DNA of 64,000 nucleotides from Bacteroidetes bacterium HGW-Bacteroidetes-17 (lineage in GTDB: Bacteria > Bacteroidota > Bacteroidia > Bacteroidales > GCA-2711565). Positions 38,628-46,320 of the stretch are shown piece after piece. The first letter of the stretch is position 1, and every line of letters starts with the position of its first letter. The translations under genes and the position numbers were made by a program. A model generated the notes under the pieces. The model was not told the origin of the DNA, did no database searches, and was given only the letters and a program-made list of their open reading frames with translations. The stretch covers positions 5,412-69,411 of the forward strand of contig PHDM01000001.1 of assembly GCA_002840985.1 (NCBI GenBank), in the 5' to 3' direction.

Positions 38628-40592
38628 TTAGTTTTTTTTCATTTTCTTAAAATAGTCTTCAATTAACTTATTTATATTTATACCAAGACCAAAAAAGTTT
38701 GGTTGAAGCAATATGTATTTGTTAATTTGTTTTTTTGCAATCTCAGGATCATTATATTGTTTAGAAATTTCTGAGACAATTTTGTGAATTTCCTTAATTA
38801 ATTCTTTTTCATCTTCAATTGGTTCAAAATATCCCAGTAATTTACTTATTTCTATATCGCTAATACTTTTTAAGCATTCAATAGTTTTCTTGTTTTTTGA
38901 CTGAAACTTTCGCAAAGTGGAATAATTAAATAAGTGTGGATTATTAGACTCTTTACATTCTTCACAAATGCAATGAATCATTTCATTTACTTCTGGATTG
39001 TTTAAAGATTTATGAATATAATTCATGTCTTTTCTGATGATACTTAGAACGTCTGATTTATTTTCTCCATAAATAAATACATTGATTTTTTTATTTAAAT
39101 AGTCATTAATCAAAAGTGCTTGTGAACCTTCGTACATGATCAAAACTCCGTTTCTCCAAAAAATCTTATTTTTAATCAAATGATGATTTAATACAATAAA
39201 TCTTGTAAGAATAGCTTTGGGCATGAAAGAATAGTGATATTCAAATTTTAGATTATTTTGATAATCCCAAGGTATTTTTTCTATTGATTCAGGCAGTAAT
39301 TCAGGAATAATATATTCTTTAGAATCTGAGATTTCAAAACATAACTCAAATTTTTTCATGAGTTCCAATAAATATATATGGTTTTCTCTTGGGTAACTCT
39401 TCCAAAATGTGAGCAAGTCATTATAGTTAAACTGTCCAAAATTTTCAATAACCTCTTTCGTGTCTGTTAAAGAATAGACTGCATTTGTTGCCCATTCAGG
39501 TTTTAAGAAAATTATTTCTTTTAATATTGGATTTCCTTGAAAATGCAAGAATACACCCAAATCATGATAATATCTACTGAGAAATAAGGCTGAGCTCTCG
39601 TCAAGTGCATAATCAGAACAAATAGAGATGTATTCATTGAAATTCAAATAGTTTTTCTCCAGCGATTGTAAATGAATTCTTATATCAATCCATGCCTTTG
39701 GTAAAGAGTCTCCAATATGTTCAAGTTTAAATACTTCACTTTTAATACATTCAATTAAGCTTTCAATCCCAATATTGTTTTTTGCGCTAACATTATAAAA
39801 CCCAACAATGTTTGGGAAGTATTTCATTAGGCTTTTTTCATCTAAATTTTTAACTCTTTTATCAACTTTATTCTGAACTATAATAACTGGGGATGAATCA
39901 CTTAAAAGTTTAATAATGTTTAACCAATAATCTATACTAATATATTTATCTTCTTTTATTGAATCCCAAACAAAAATATATAAAGATCGTTTTGTTAAAA
40001 AAAACTGATGAGTTGAATGATATATTTCTTGTCCACCAAAATCCCAAATATTAATTTTAAAGTCATTTATATCATTGATATCTAATTTTAGTGTTTTTAT
40101 TTCAATTCCTTCTGTAGATGTGATTTCTTTGTTAAAGTTATTGTAAAGAATCCTATGCATCAAGGTGCTTTTTCCAACATATCCTTCTCCAACAATTAAT
40201 AGTTTTGCTTCAAACACTTTAGATTCATCAGATTCTAATTGTATGAAATAATTTTTAATTGCATCAAGACCTTGATTTACTATTTCAATTGGTGGTTCAA
40301 TCAAAGGATTGCCGCTAATTTCAAGTCTTTTCAAGTTTGGTAGAAAAACTAACTCTTTTGGAATTTTTTTTATTGAGTTATAACTTAATTTAATGCTTTC
40401 TAAATTCTCAAGTATTTTAATGTCTTTCGGAATTTCTGTAATATCATTATCAACCAAGTCAATAGATTTTAACCAAGAGAATTCCAATAAATCTATTGGG
40501 AAATAATTAAGTTGAATACCACTTAAATATATGTCTTTAATGACTTTGTTATCCTTAACTATTTTAAGTATATTTTTTGCTTCTAGATTCAT
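38628..40592 (-). CDS. Roco-family protein: LRR + Roc (Ras-of-complex) GTPase + COR domain
   Basis: About 4 N-terminal LRRs (LKSIDLVDNDITEIP, LESIKLSYNSIKKIP, LKRLEISGNPL). GTPase motifs LLIVGEGYVGKST (G1), WDFGGQ (G3), VQNKVD (G4), VSAK (G5). A long COR-like region follows, with a C-terminal CICEECK cluster. Confidence 0.8.
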   Translation of the reverse strand: MNLEAKNILKIVKDNKVIKDIYLSGIQLNYFPIDLLEFSWLKSIDLVDNDITEIPKDIKILENLESIKLSYNSIKKIPKELVFLPNLKRLEISGNPLIEPPIEIVNQGLDAIKNYFIQLESDESKVFEAKLLIVGEGYVGKSTLMHRILYNNFNKEITSTEGIEIKTLKLDINDINDFKINIWDFGGQEIYHSTHQFFLTKRSLYIFVWDSIKEDKYISIDYWLNIIKLLSDSSPVIIVQNKVDKRVKNLDEKSLMKYFPNIVGFYNVSAKNNIGIESLIECIKSEVFKLEHIGDSLPKAWIDIRIHLQSLEKNYLNFNEYISICSDYALDESSALFLSRYYHDLGVFLHFQGNPILKEIIFLKPEWATNAVYSLTDTKEVIENFGQFNYNDLLTFWKSYPRENHIYLLELMKKFELCFEISDSKEYIIPELLPESIEKIPWDYQNNLKFEYHYSFMPKAILTRFIVLNHHLIKNKIFWRNGVLIMYEGSQALLINDYLNKKINVFIYGENKSDVLSIIRKDMNYIHKSLNNPEVNEMIHCICEECKESNNPHLFNYSTLRKFQSKNKKTIECLKSISDIEISKLLGYFEPIEDEKELIKEIHKIVSEISKQYNDPEIAKKQINKYILLQPNFFGLGININKLIEDYFKKMKKN

Positions 40593-40869
40593 ATATTTTT
40601 AATACAGTTCTTAGTTTGATGGTATCGCTTTAAAAATTAAACACAACTAGTATATCTATTCATGTTTACAGAACAATACATCCCGTATTCGCGTGTATCA
40701 TTCATATTTCGTATAATTTTATTTATAAAATTTTTAATCATTCATCATGATTTAAATTTTTAAACGGGGAGAAAGTCAAATATATAAAAAAATATGATGC
40801 CTTCATTAAATGGTTTTTGATTAATGTAAGGTGATCGGTAGGAAAGTTATTTGAGTAAATTATCATTGA

Positions 40870-41026
40870 GACTTCTCGAAAATATAAATGGGAGAAGTCA
40901 AAAAAAAAATAAGACTTCTCTAAAGTAGAGCTTCAGGGACGACGTCCCCGGATGGGGACGTTGTCCCTCATATGGGACTTCTCAAAAATATAAATGAGAG
41001 AAGTCAAAATTGAAATGGGAGAAGTC
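40870..41026. repeat. GACTTCTC / GAGAAGTC hairpin-iteron array flanking a 15-bp GC-rich hairpin
   Basis: Two 36-nt hairpin units GACTTCTC-N14-GAGAAGTC (40870-40899 and 40976-41005). Lone GACTTCTC at 40913-40920. Lone GAGAAGTC at 41019-41026. Central hairpin AGGGACGACGTCCCC (40935-40949) / GGGGACGTTGTCCCT (40954-40968). Confidence 0.85.
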
Positions 41027-41114
41027 AAAAGTTGAGATGGAAGCAGTGTAAATTTTAAATTGCATTTGATATTCCTATGTAAGAATGAATTTCTGACAAA
41101 TTTAGATTCCGGTC

Positions 41115-41146
41115 AAAAAAAAAAAGCCCCGAAATTTCGGGGCCTT
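41115..41146 (-). terminator. Rho-independent terminator of the rubrerythrin-like gene
   Basis: Perfect palindrome GCCCCGAAATTTCGGGGC (41126-41143), followed on the minus strand by an 11-nt T-run. Confidence 0.9.
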
Positions 41147-41170
41147 TACTTATTAAAACATCAACCTGCT

Positions 41171-41830
41171 TTATGAATCGAGCGTAGTTATCTTGATGAA
41201 TTTTTCGGAGCCGGTCATTGATATTCCACATCGCTTTGGGGATTCGGTATCGTAGGTATTTCCACAGGTAGGACATACATAAAACACGCTTGGCAATGAG
41301 CTCACTTTATTGTTTTCTAATGCAGCAAGTGCATTTTCGTAAAGCGGTTTGTGCTTTTGTTCGGTTTTATAAGCATAATTCAAGCTTATCAGTGCGAATT
41401 GATTTCCTGCTTTATTTGCGTTGACCAAAAATTCGGGATACATGGTGGTGATTTCATAAGTCTCACCTTTAATTGCATCCATCAAATTTTCTTTGGTAGA
41501 ATTTACAGTAAATTCAGGGGTAAATTCAGGTGCTTTTTGTCCGCCTTCGGTTAATACGGCCTTGTGATTATTGGCATGTATTTTCTCCGAAATAGAAGCT
41601 GTTTTAAATAATAATGCAATTTCGTGGTATCCTTCTGCTTCTGCTTTTTTGCTGTATTCAGCGTACTTGGCACTTGCAGTGGTTTCACCAATGTAAGCCG
41701 ATTTCATGTTTTCGAAATTCAAGGTTTTTGCATCTTGTGCGTTTGCCTGTTTTTCGTTACTGATGCTTGTGAACGATTGCAACAATATTGCTGTTGCAGC
41801 TAAAATCATAATTATTGATATTTTTTTCAT
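41171..41830 (-). CDS. Rubrerythrin-family (ferritin-like di-iron) protein with N-terminal signal peptide and degenerate C-terminal rubredoxin-like tail
   Basis: Signal-like MKKISIIMILAATAILLQSFTSIS. IGETTASAKYAEYSKKAEAEGYHEIA, two ExxH motifs (SEKIH, EQKH). C-terminus YVCPTCGNTY..KRCG has only 3 Cys. Confidence 0.75.
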   Translation of the reverse strand: MKKISIIMILAATAILLQSFTSISNEKQANAQDAKTLNFENMKSAYIGETTASAKYAEYSKKAEAEGYHEIALLFKTASISEKIHANNHKAVLTEGGQKAPEFTPEFTVNSTKENLMDAIKGETYEITTMYPEFLVNANKAGNQFALISLNYAYKTEQKHKPLYENALAALENNKVSSLPSVFYVCPTCGNTYDTESPKRCGISMTGSEKFIKITTLDS

Positions 41831-41893
41831 GTTGAATATTTTTTATAAGTTTTGTTTAATGATGCAAAGATGCACCCATTCGTATTCGAACAT

Positions 41894-41925
41894 CCTTAAG
41901 CAATTCTTAAAATTTGCTTAAGAAA
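41894..41925 (-). promoter_or_regulatory. Three CTTAA direct repeats at exact 11-bp spacing upstream of the rubrerythrin-like gene (candidate OmpR-family response-regulator site)
   Basis: CTTAA at 41895, 41906 and 41917. The 23-mer 41903-41925 ATTCTTAAAATTTGCTTAAGAAA is 20/23 identical to 44547-44569. Confidence 0.5.
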
Positions 41926-41926
41926 C

Positions 41927-43303
41927 TCAGGACGGGAACTGTAAGTTGAAGGTAGTTCCGATGCCGATCCGGCTTTCTACCTCTAATTTGATGTTTTGTA
42001 TTTCGGCCAGTTTTTTAACAATGGAAAGTCCCAATCCGTTTCCTTTGATCATTGAGCTTCTGGAAGCATCGGCCCGATAAAAACGGTCGAACACTTTCGG
42101 AAGGTTTTCTTCCGAAATTCCAATTCCATCATCCTTAATCGATAGGGTTTTCAGGGTATCATCCCAATTCAGGAAAAGATTGCCGTTCATGTTTCCATAC
42201 TTCAGTCCGTTATTGATCAGGTTGGCAAGGATGAGTTCGACATAAAGTTTATCGCCCCATACCATCACCTTTTTGGGCAGTTGCTGATGAATGGTGATGT
42301 TCTTTTCTCCGGCAATTTTTTTGCATTTTGTGAAAAATACAGCAATGGTATCCGATAAATTGATTTGTTCCCTTTTGATGGTCAGTTGATCCGAATCAAT
42401 ACGGGCGATTTGCAACAATTGTTCGAGTAAAAGATCAAGGCGGTCGACCTGTTCGATGATGGTGGTAATTTTTTCTTCATAAACATGGGCTTCGCGAGGC
42501 CTGCGGATTAACACCTCGAGCGTACCCCGAATCGCCGAAAGCGGGGTCCTTATTTCGTGCGAAGCATCACTTGTAAATTGTTTTTGTTGGACCATGCTTC
42601 TTTCAATTCGCGCAAGTAATTCGTTGATTGTTTGCATTAACTGATACAATTCGTCTTTGTGTGCAGGCAAATCGAGTCGCGTACTTATATTTGAATCGCT
42701 TATTCCCGAAGCCGTTTTGATGAGCTGATGAACAGGTTTGATAGCCCTGGAGGCAGCGATTGAAGAAGCATAAAACTGAACCAAAAGAACAATCGGAAAG
42801 CTGCCAAACAATACCCAAATCAAATTGTTCAGGATCGCATGCGATTCCTGTTGCGACACGGCAATTGTGATTTGCCCAAGCGTATTTCCACCATCGTTTT
42901 TTAGAAGAAATTGACCCAGTCGGATTTTTTGCCCGTTAATTTCTCCATTAAAAAAGGAATCTTTATCATTGAGCGATCCATCTGATATTTGCCCTTCAGC
43001 CAAATTAGTCGAACGAAAAATGATTTTACCGCTGATATCCTGAATCTGAAAAAAAGTAGGATTTACTTCCACCTGGTTATGCTCGGCTTCTTCCCATTCG
43101 GGCATTTTATTGATGATGATAGAATCCTGAATGATCAACAGATTGCTTATTACTTCTTCTTTCTCTAATAAAATGTCTTCATCTAAATGAGAATACGCGG
43201 TTGTGTTTACAACAAAATAAATGACAAAAAATACCAATACCGTAATGATTGCTACAGCAAGGGTATTAAAAAGGGCAATTCGATTTTTGAATTTCAAACT
43301 CAT
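41927..43303 (-). CDS. Sensor histidine kinase (two TM, HAMP, HisKA, HATPase_c; heavy-metal/CusS-like architecture)
   Basis: H-box FTSDASHEIRTPLSAI. N/G boxes LINNGLKYG, DDGIGI, GNGLGLSIV. 458 aa. Confidence 0.85.
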   Translation of the reverse strand: MSLKFKNRIALFNTLAVAIITVLVFFVIYFVVNTTAYSHLDEDILLEKEEVISNLLIIQDSIIINKMPEWEEAEHNQVEVNPTFFQIQDISGKIIFRSTNLAEGQISDGSLNDKDSFFNGEINGQKIRLGQFLLKNDGGNTLGQITIAVSQQESHAILNNLIWVLFGSFPIVLLVQFYASSIAASRAIKPVHQLIKTASGISDSNISTRLDLPAHKDELYQLMQTINELLARIERSMVQQKQFTSDASHEIRTPLSAIRGTLEVLIRRPREAHVYEEKITTIIEQVDRLDLLLEQLLQIARIDSDQLTIKREQINLSDTIAVFFTKCKKIAGEKNITIHQQLPKKVMVWGDKLYVELILANLINNGLKYGNMNGNLFLNWDDTLKTLSIKDDGIGISEENLPKVFDRFYRADASRSSMIKGNGLGLSIVKKLAEIQNIKLEVESRIGIGTTFNLQFPS

Positions 43304-43977
43304 TCGTCATCTTCTATTTTGTATCCAATTCCGCGAACCGTAGTAATGATTGAGGGTTTGCCCGGTTCGTCGAGTTTTTTACGCAAGGCATTGATATAAA
43401 CATCAATCACAGAGGTGTCGTAATCAAAATGGATGTCCCAAACTTTTTCGATTATTCCGGTACGACGGCATACTTTGCCTTTATTGCGTAAAAAATATTC
43501 GAGTAACGAAAATTCTTTTTGAGTGAGTTCAACGGGAACCCCTTTTTTCGTAACCGAGTGTTTATCGATATCCAATTCGATTCCGGCTGCTGAAAAAAGA
43601 AAGGGTTGGGTTTCATTTTTGCGCATGTGTACCCGAATCCTGGCCAGCAGCTCCTCGAATGAAAAAGGTTTACGGATATAATCGTTGGCTCCGGCTTCTA
43701 ATCCAAAAATAACATCGTCAACCGTATCTTTTGCTGTTAGAAAAATGATGGGAACGACAGTGTTTTCTTTTCGGATATTACGGCAAATTTCAATTCCGTT
43801 AAGCCCCGGTAGCATCCAATCAAGTAAGATTACATCGTACTCTTCAACAAAATCGAGAGCAAGTTGCAATCCTTCTTTTCCATTGTCGGAAACATCTACA
43901 GCAAAGCCTTCTTCCTGTAATCCATCACGAATAAAATTAGCGATGGATGTTTCGTCTTCTACAATAAGTATGCGCAT
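43300..43977 (-). CDS. OmpR/PhoB-family response regulator
   Basis: MRILIVEDE, LLDWMLPG (phospho-acceptor Asp), winged-helix C-terminus TVRGIGYKI. 4-nt overlap with the kinase gene. Confidence 0.9.
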   Translation of the reverse strand: MRILIVEDETSIANFIRDGLQEEGFAVDVSDNGKEGLQLALDFVEEYDVILLDWMLPGLNGIEICRNIRKENTVVPIIFLTAKDTVDDVIFGLEAGANDYIRKPFSFEELLARIRVHMRKNETQPFLFSAAGIELDIDKHSVTKKGVPVELTQKEFSLLEYFLRNKGKVCRRTGIIEKVWDIHFDYDTSVIDVYINALRKKLDEPGKPSIITTVRGIGYKIEDDE

Positions 43978-44019
43978 GATATTTTATTGGCTTGATTGTA
44001 TCAAAGGTACAGAAATCCA

Positions 44020-44490
44020 TTAATCTATATCCAAATCGGCACCAAAATCGGGGAGTGACAATTCTACTCCGGCAGCATGCCGGTAAACCAATTGTCCGCC
44101 TAAATAACCTGTAGTTCCAACTGCTCCTACCAAAACTGTAAATAAGAATATAATAGCCCATTTTGTCCATTTCCGATTGTATTTAAAATAAGAAATGGCA
44201 ACCTTAAATAAGGATACAATAATCGCAAGCCATAAGGTGATGGTAGCTGCTTGTTCGTGAAGTTCAAGTGGTGCCTTAAGCGGGCCTTCTTCAATCCCTT
44301 CGCCTGCAAAATTGCCACTGATGTAAGCTACTATGGCACTTAAAGCACCAATGAGCAGAAGATACATTGCTGCATTTTTAAAAAAATCTTTTTTACTGAA
44401 GAGTGCAATCATTTCCGACAAAAAACCCACCATTATCAGGGCAATCGGGAAATGAATTACCATTGCGTGTAAATGTGTTGCTGAGATCAT
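44020..44490 (-). CDS. DUF2231-like four-helix membrane protein, first gene of the two-component operon
   Basis: THLHAMVIHFPIALIMVGFL N-terminus typical of DUF2231. 156 aa, 4 TM. Confidence 0.65.
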   Translation of the reverse strand: MISATHLHAMVIHFPIALIMVGFLSEMIALFSKKDFFKNAAMYLLLIGALSAIVAYISGNFAGEGIEEGPLKAPLELHEQAATITLWLAIIVSLFKVAISYFKYNRKWTKWAIIFLFTVLVGAVGTTGYLGGQLVYRHAAGVELSLPDFGADLDID

Positions 44491-44528
44491 AGTTTTTTAA
44501 TTTTAAGGCAAAATTAAATGCTGAAGGA

Positions 44529-44569
44529 TTTAAGAAGGATTAGGAGATTCTTAAGATTAGCTTAAAAAA
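44529..44569 (-). promoter_or_regulatory. CTTAA direct repeats (11-bp phase) upstream of the DUF2231-RR-HK operon
   Basis: CTTAA at 44550 and 44561. Degenerate ATTAG at 44539 and TTTAA at 44529. 23-mer ATTCTTAAGATTAGCTTAAAAAA (44547-44569). Confidence 0.5.
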
Positions 44570-44705
44570 ACAGAATTCCCTGATTTTTTTAAGGATAATC
44601 CGGTATTAAAATCCAATCACAAATCCTTTAAATAATAAAAATAACAAAATATGTTGAATAATTCGATATGTGTTGGTAATTCTTATCGATCAATAATTGA
44701 ATTTG

Positions 44706-45818
44706 TCAAACAATTTGCCCCTGATCTATAATAAGTTTATCCCCTTCTTGAATTCGTTTGTAATGACAAAACAACAAATCCCCATTTTCTTCATTGCGAA
44801 GGTGCATGCCGTTTCCTTCACAGTATTTAAAAAATTCACAATCGGCGCATTCACCGGTCCTTGTCCAGCTTCGATCCCTGAATTTGGCGTATTTGTTTTC
44901 CCAGATCTCTTTAAAACTGTCGGTATAAATATTACCTTGTATGAAATTGGACCTTAAATTCGGGCAGGCCGAAATGGAGCCATCGATAAGAACGGATGCA
45001 ATATTTATTCCGGCCCTGCAAAAGAATAAATTATCCCTGACTTCGGCCTCATAAGCACCTAAAAATCCTTCACAGCCATAATTGAGCTTGATATGACCCT
45101 TTTTACGTTCGGCTGCCATGAAATCGAAAAGTTGCTTAAACTGAACCGGATTTAATTGCAATTCTTCATATTCTTTAGCTCTTCCGATAGGAAAAACGGT
45201 AAATATGCGCCACTCTTTTAACCCTTTTGAAAGGAGCAGTTCTTTTATTTTTCCCAGTTCATGAAAGTTTTTTTGATTTACACAGGTCACCACATCGAAT
45301 CTCAGGTCGGGGATTTTTGCCAGGAGCCCGATTGCACTGACTGCTTTTTCAAAACTATGTGGATTGCCCCTCAGCCAATTATGCGATTCTTCCAGTCCAT
45401 CCAGACTGATGGTAACCGACCTTAGCCCCGCTTCCAGTAAAGAGCTGATCCGGCTCGGTGTTAGATGAAGTCCGTTCGAAACCATCCCCCAGGGAAAACC
45501 CCGGTCGTAAAGTTGTTTTCCGCAAACTTCCAGGTCTTTTCGCAAAAGTGGTTCGCCTCCGGTAAAAACGATCATGGTATTGTTCGGTTCAACGATGCTT
45601 TTAATGTCCTCAATGGCTCCGATAAAATCCTTGATGGGCATGTCTTTAACCATCGCATCTTTGGTGCAATCGCTGCCGCAATGCAAACAGTTGAGGTTGC
45701 ATCGAAGGGTACATTCCCAAAATATATAACTCAGTTGGTGGGTTTTTTTCGCATTGTTCCGGTACTTTTTAAAAAGTTCCAGTGCCATTTTTTTACGCAA
45801 GGAGAGTTTTAAACTCAT
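44706..45818 (-). CDS. Radical SAM / SPASM-domain protein (lipoprotein-associated)
   Basis: CTLRCNLNCLHC (CX3CX2C), GGEPLL, C-terminal auxiliary-cluster cysteines FFCRAG..ACPN..GECADCEFFKYCEG..FCH. The start overlaps the upstream lipoprotein stop (ATGA). Confidence 0.9.
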   Translation of the reverse strand: MSLKLSLRKKMALELFKKYRNNAKKTHQLSYIFWECTLRCNLNCLHCGSDCTKDAMVKDMPIKDFIGAIEDIKSIVEPNNTMIVFTGGEPLLRKDLEVCGKQLYDRGFPWGMVSNGLHLTPSRISSLLEAGLRSVTISLDGLEESHNWLRGNPHSFEKAVSAIGLLAKIPDLRFDVVTCVNQKNFHELGKIKELLLSKGLKEWRIFTVFPIGRAKEYEELQLNPVQFKQLFDFMAAERKKGHIKLNYGCEGFLGAYEAEVRDNLFFCRAGINIASVLIDGSISACPNLRSNFIQGNIYTDSFKEIWENKYAKFRDRSWTRTGECADCEFFKYCEGNGMHLRNEENGDLLFCHYKRIQEGDKLIIDQGQIV

Positions 45819-46270
45819 GATTCTTCTTTCAGTTTGATGTTCATTTCTTTGGAAGTTTCGCCTTTATACCAACTTTCTCCTCCTTCAAATACGGGGTTAA
45901 TGAATTTAACGGTCGTGTCTTTTGCCTGATAGCTTCCATGAGCAGCACCGTCAATGTCTTTAAATTCTAAGATATAATTATGATCCCTTGGAAAATCGGC
46001 AATACGTACTTCATAATTCCCGTAATAATCAGAAATGACTGTATCAGGCAATGGATATATTTGTTCGGATTTCATAATAACCCTTATTGCGGGTATATTA
46101 ATCCCATTTTCAGAAGTAACCTTGCCATAAACTTTAAAAGTTGCATATGGACTTCCATATTCGATACCACCAGATGGTATCTTGAATTTAGTGCAAGATG
46201 CTCCAAATCCTAAAATGGTCAAAAGAAATGCAATAAATAAATTGTATTTCTTTAGTGCTGCTTGTTTCAT
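45815..46270 (-). CDS. rSAM-associated putative lipoprotein, paralog 1
   Basis: Lipobox LGFGASC. Shares the YGSPYATFKVYGKVTSENGINIPAIRVIM, DYYGNYEV, FKDIDG and KDTTVKF...WYKGETSKEMNIKLK blocks with the next two genes. Confidence 0.85.
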   Translation of the reverse strand: MKQAALKKYNLFIAFLLTILGFGASCTKFKIPSGGIEYGSPYATFKVYGKVTSENGINIPAIRVIMKSEQIYPLPDTVISDYYGNYEVRIADFPRDHNYILEFKDIDGAAHGSYQAKDTTVKFINPVFEGGESWYKGETSKEMNIKLKEES

Positions 46271-46320
46271 TTTAATGCATTAATTAGGTTTATAGGTTGT
46301 TAAACTGCCTGTACAATATA

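Noticed and set aside
40870-41030. Could the GACTTCTC/GAGAAGTC repeats be a small CRISPR array?
   Set aside because: The repeat is only 8 nt (18 nt with context), it occurs in both orientations, the spacings are irregular (14, 13, 55, 14, 13 nt), and there are no cas genes in the window.
41031-41050. GTTGAGATGGAAGCAGTG as a third, distal copy of the tmRNA 3' end. This would make 41.05-55.2 kb a 14-kb ssrA island.
   Set aside because: The match to GTTGTGGAGCTGCAGGG needs two gaps and several mismatches. The intervening genes look like ordinary chromosomal genes, and there is no integrase.
41055-41276. ORF 41055-41276(-), 73 aa
   Set aside because: It spans the rubrerythrin terminator and overlaps the 3' end of the rubrerythrin gene in another frame, so it is spurious.
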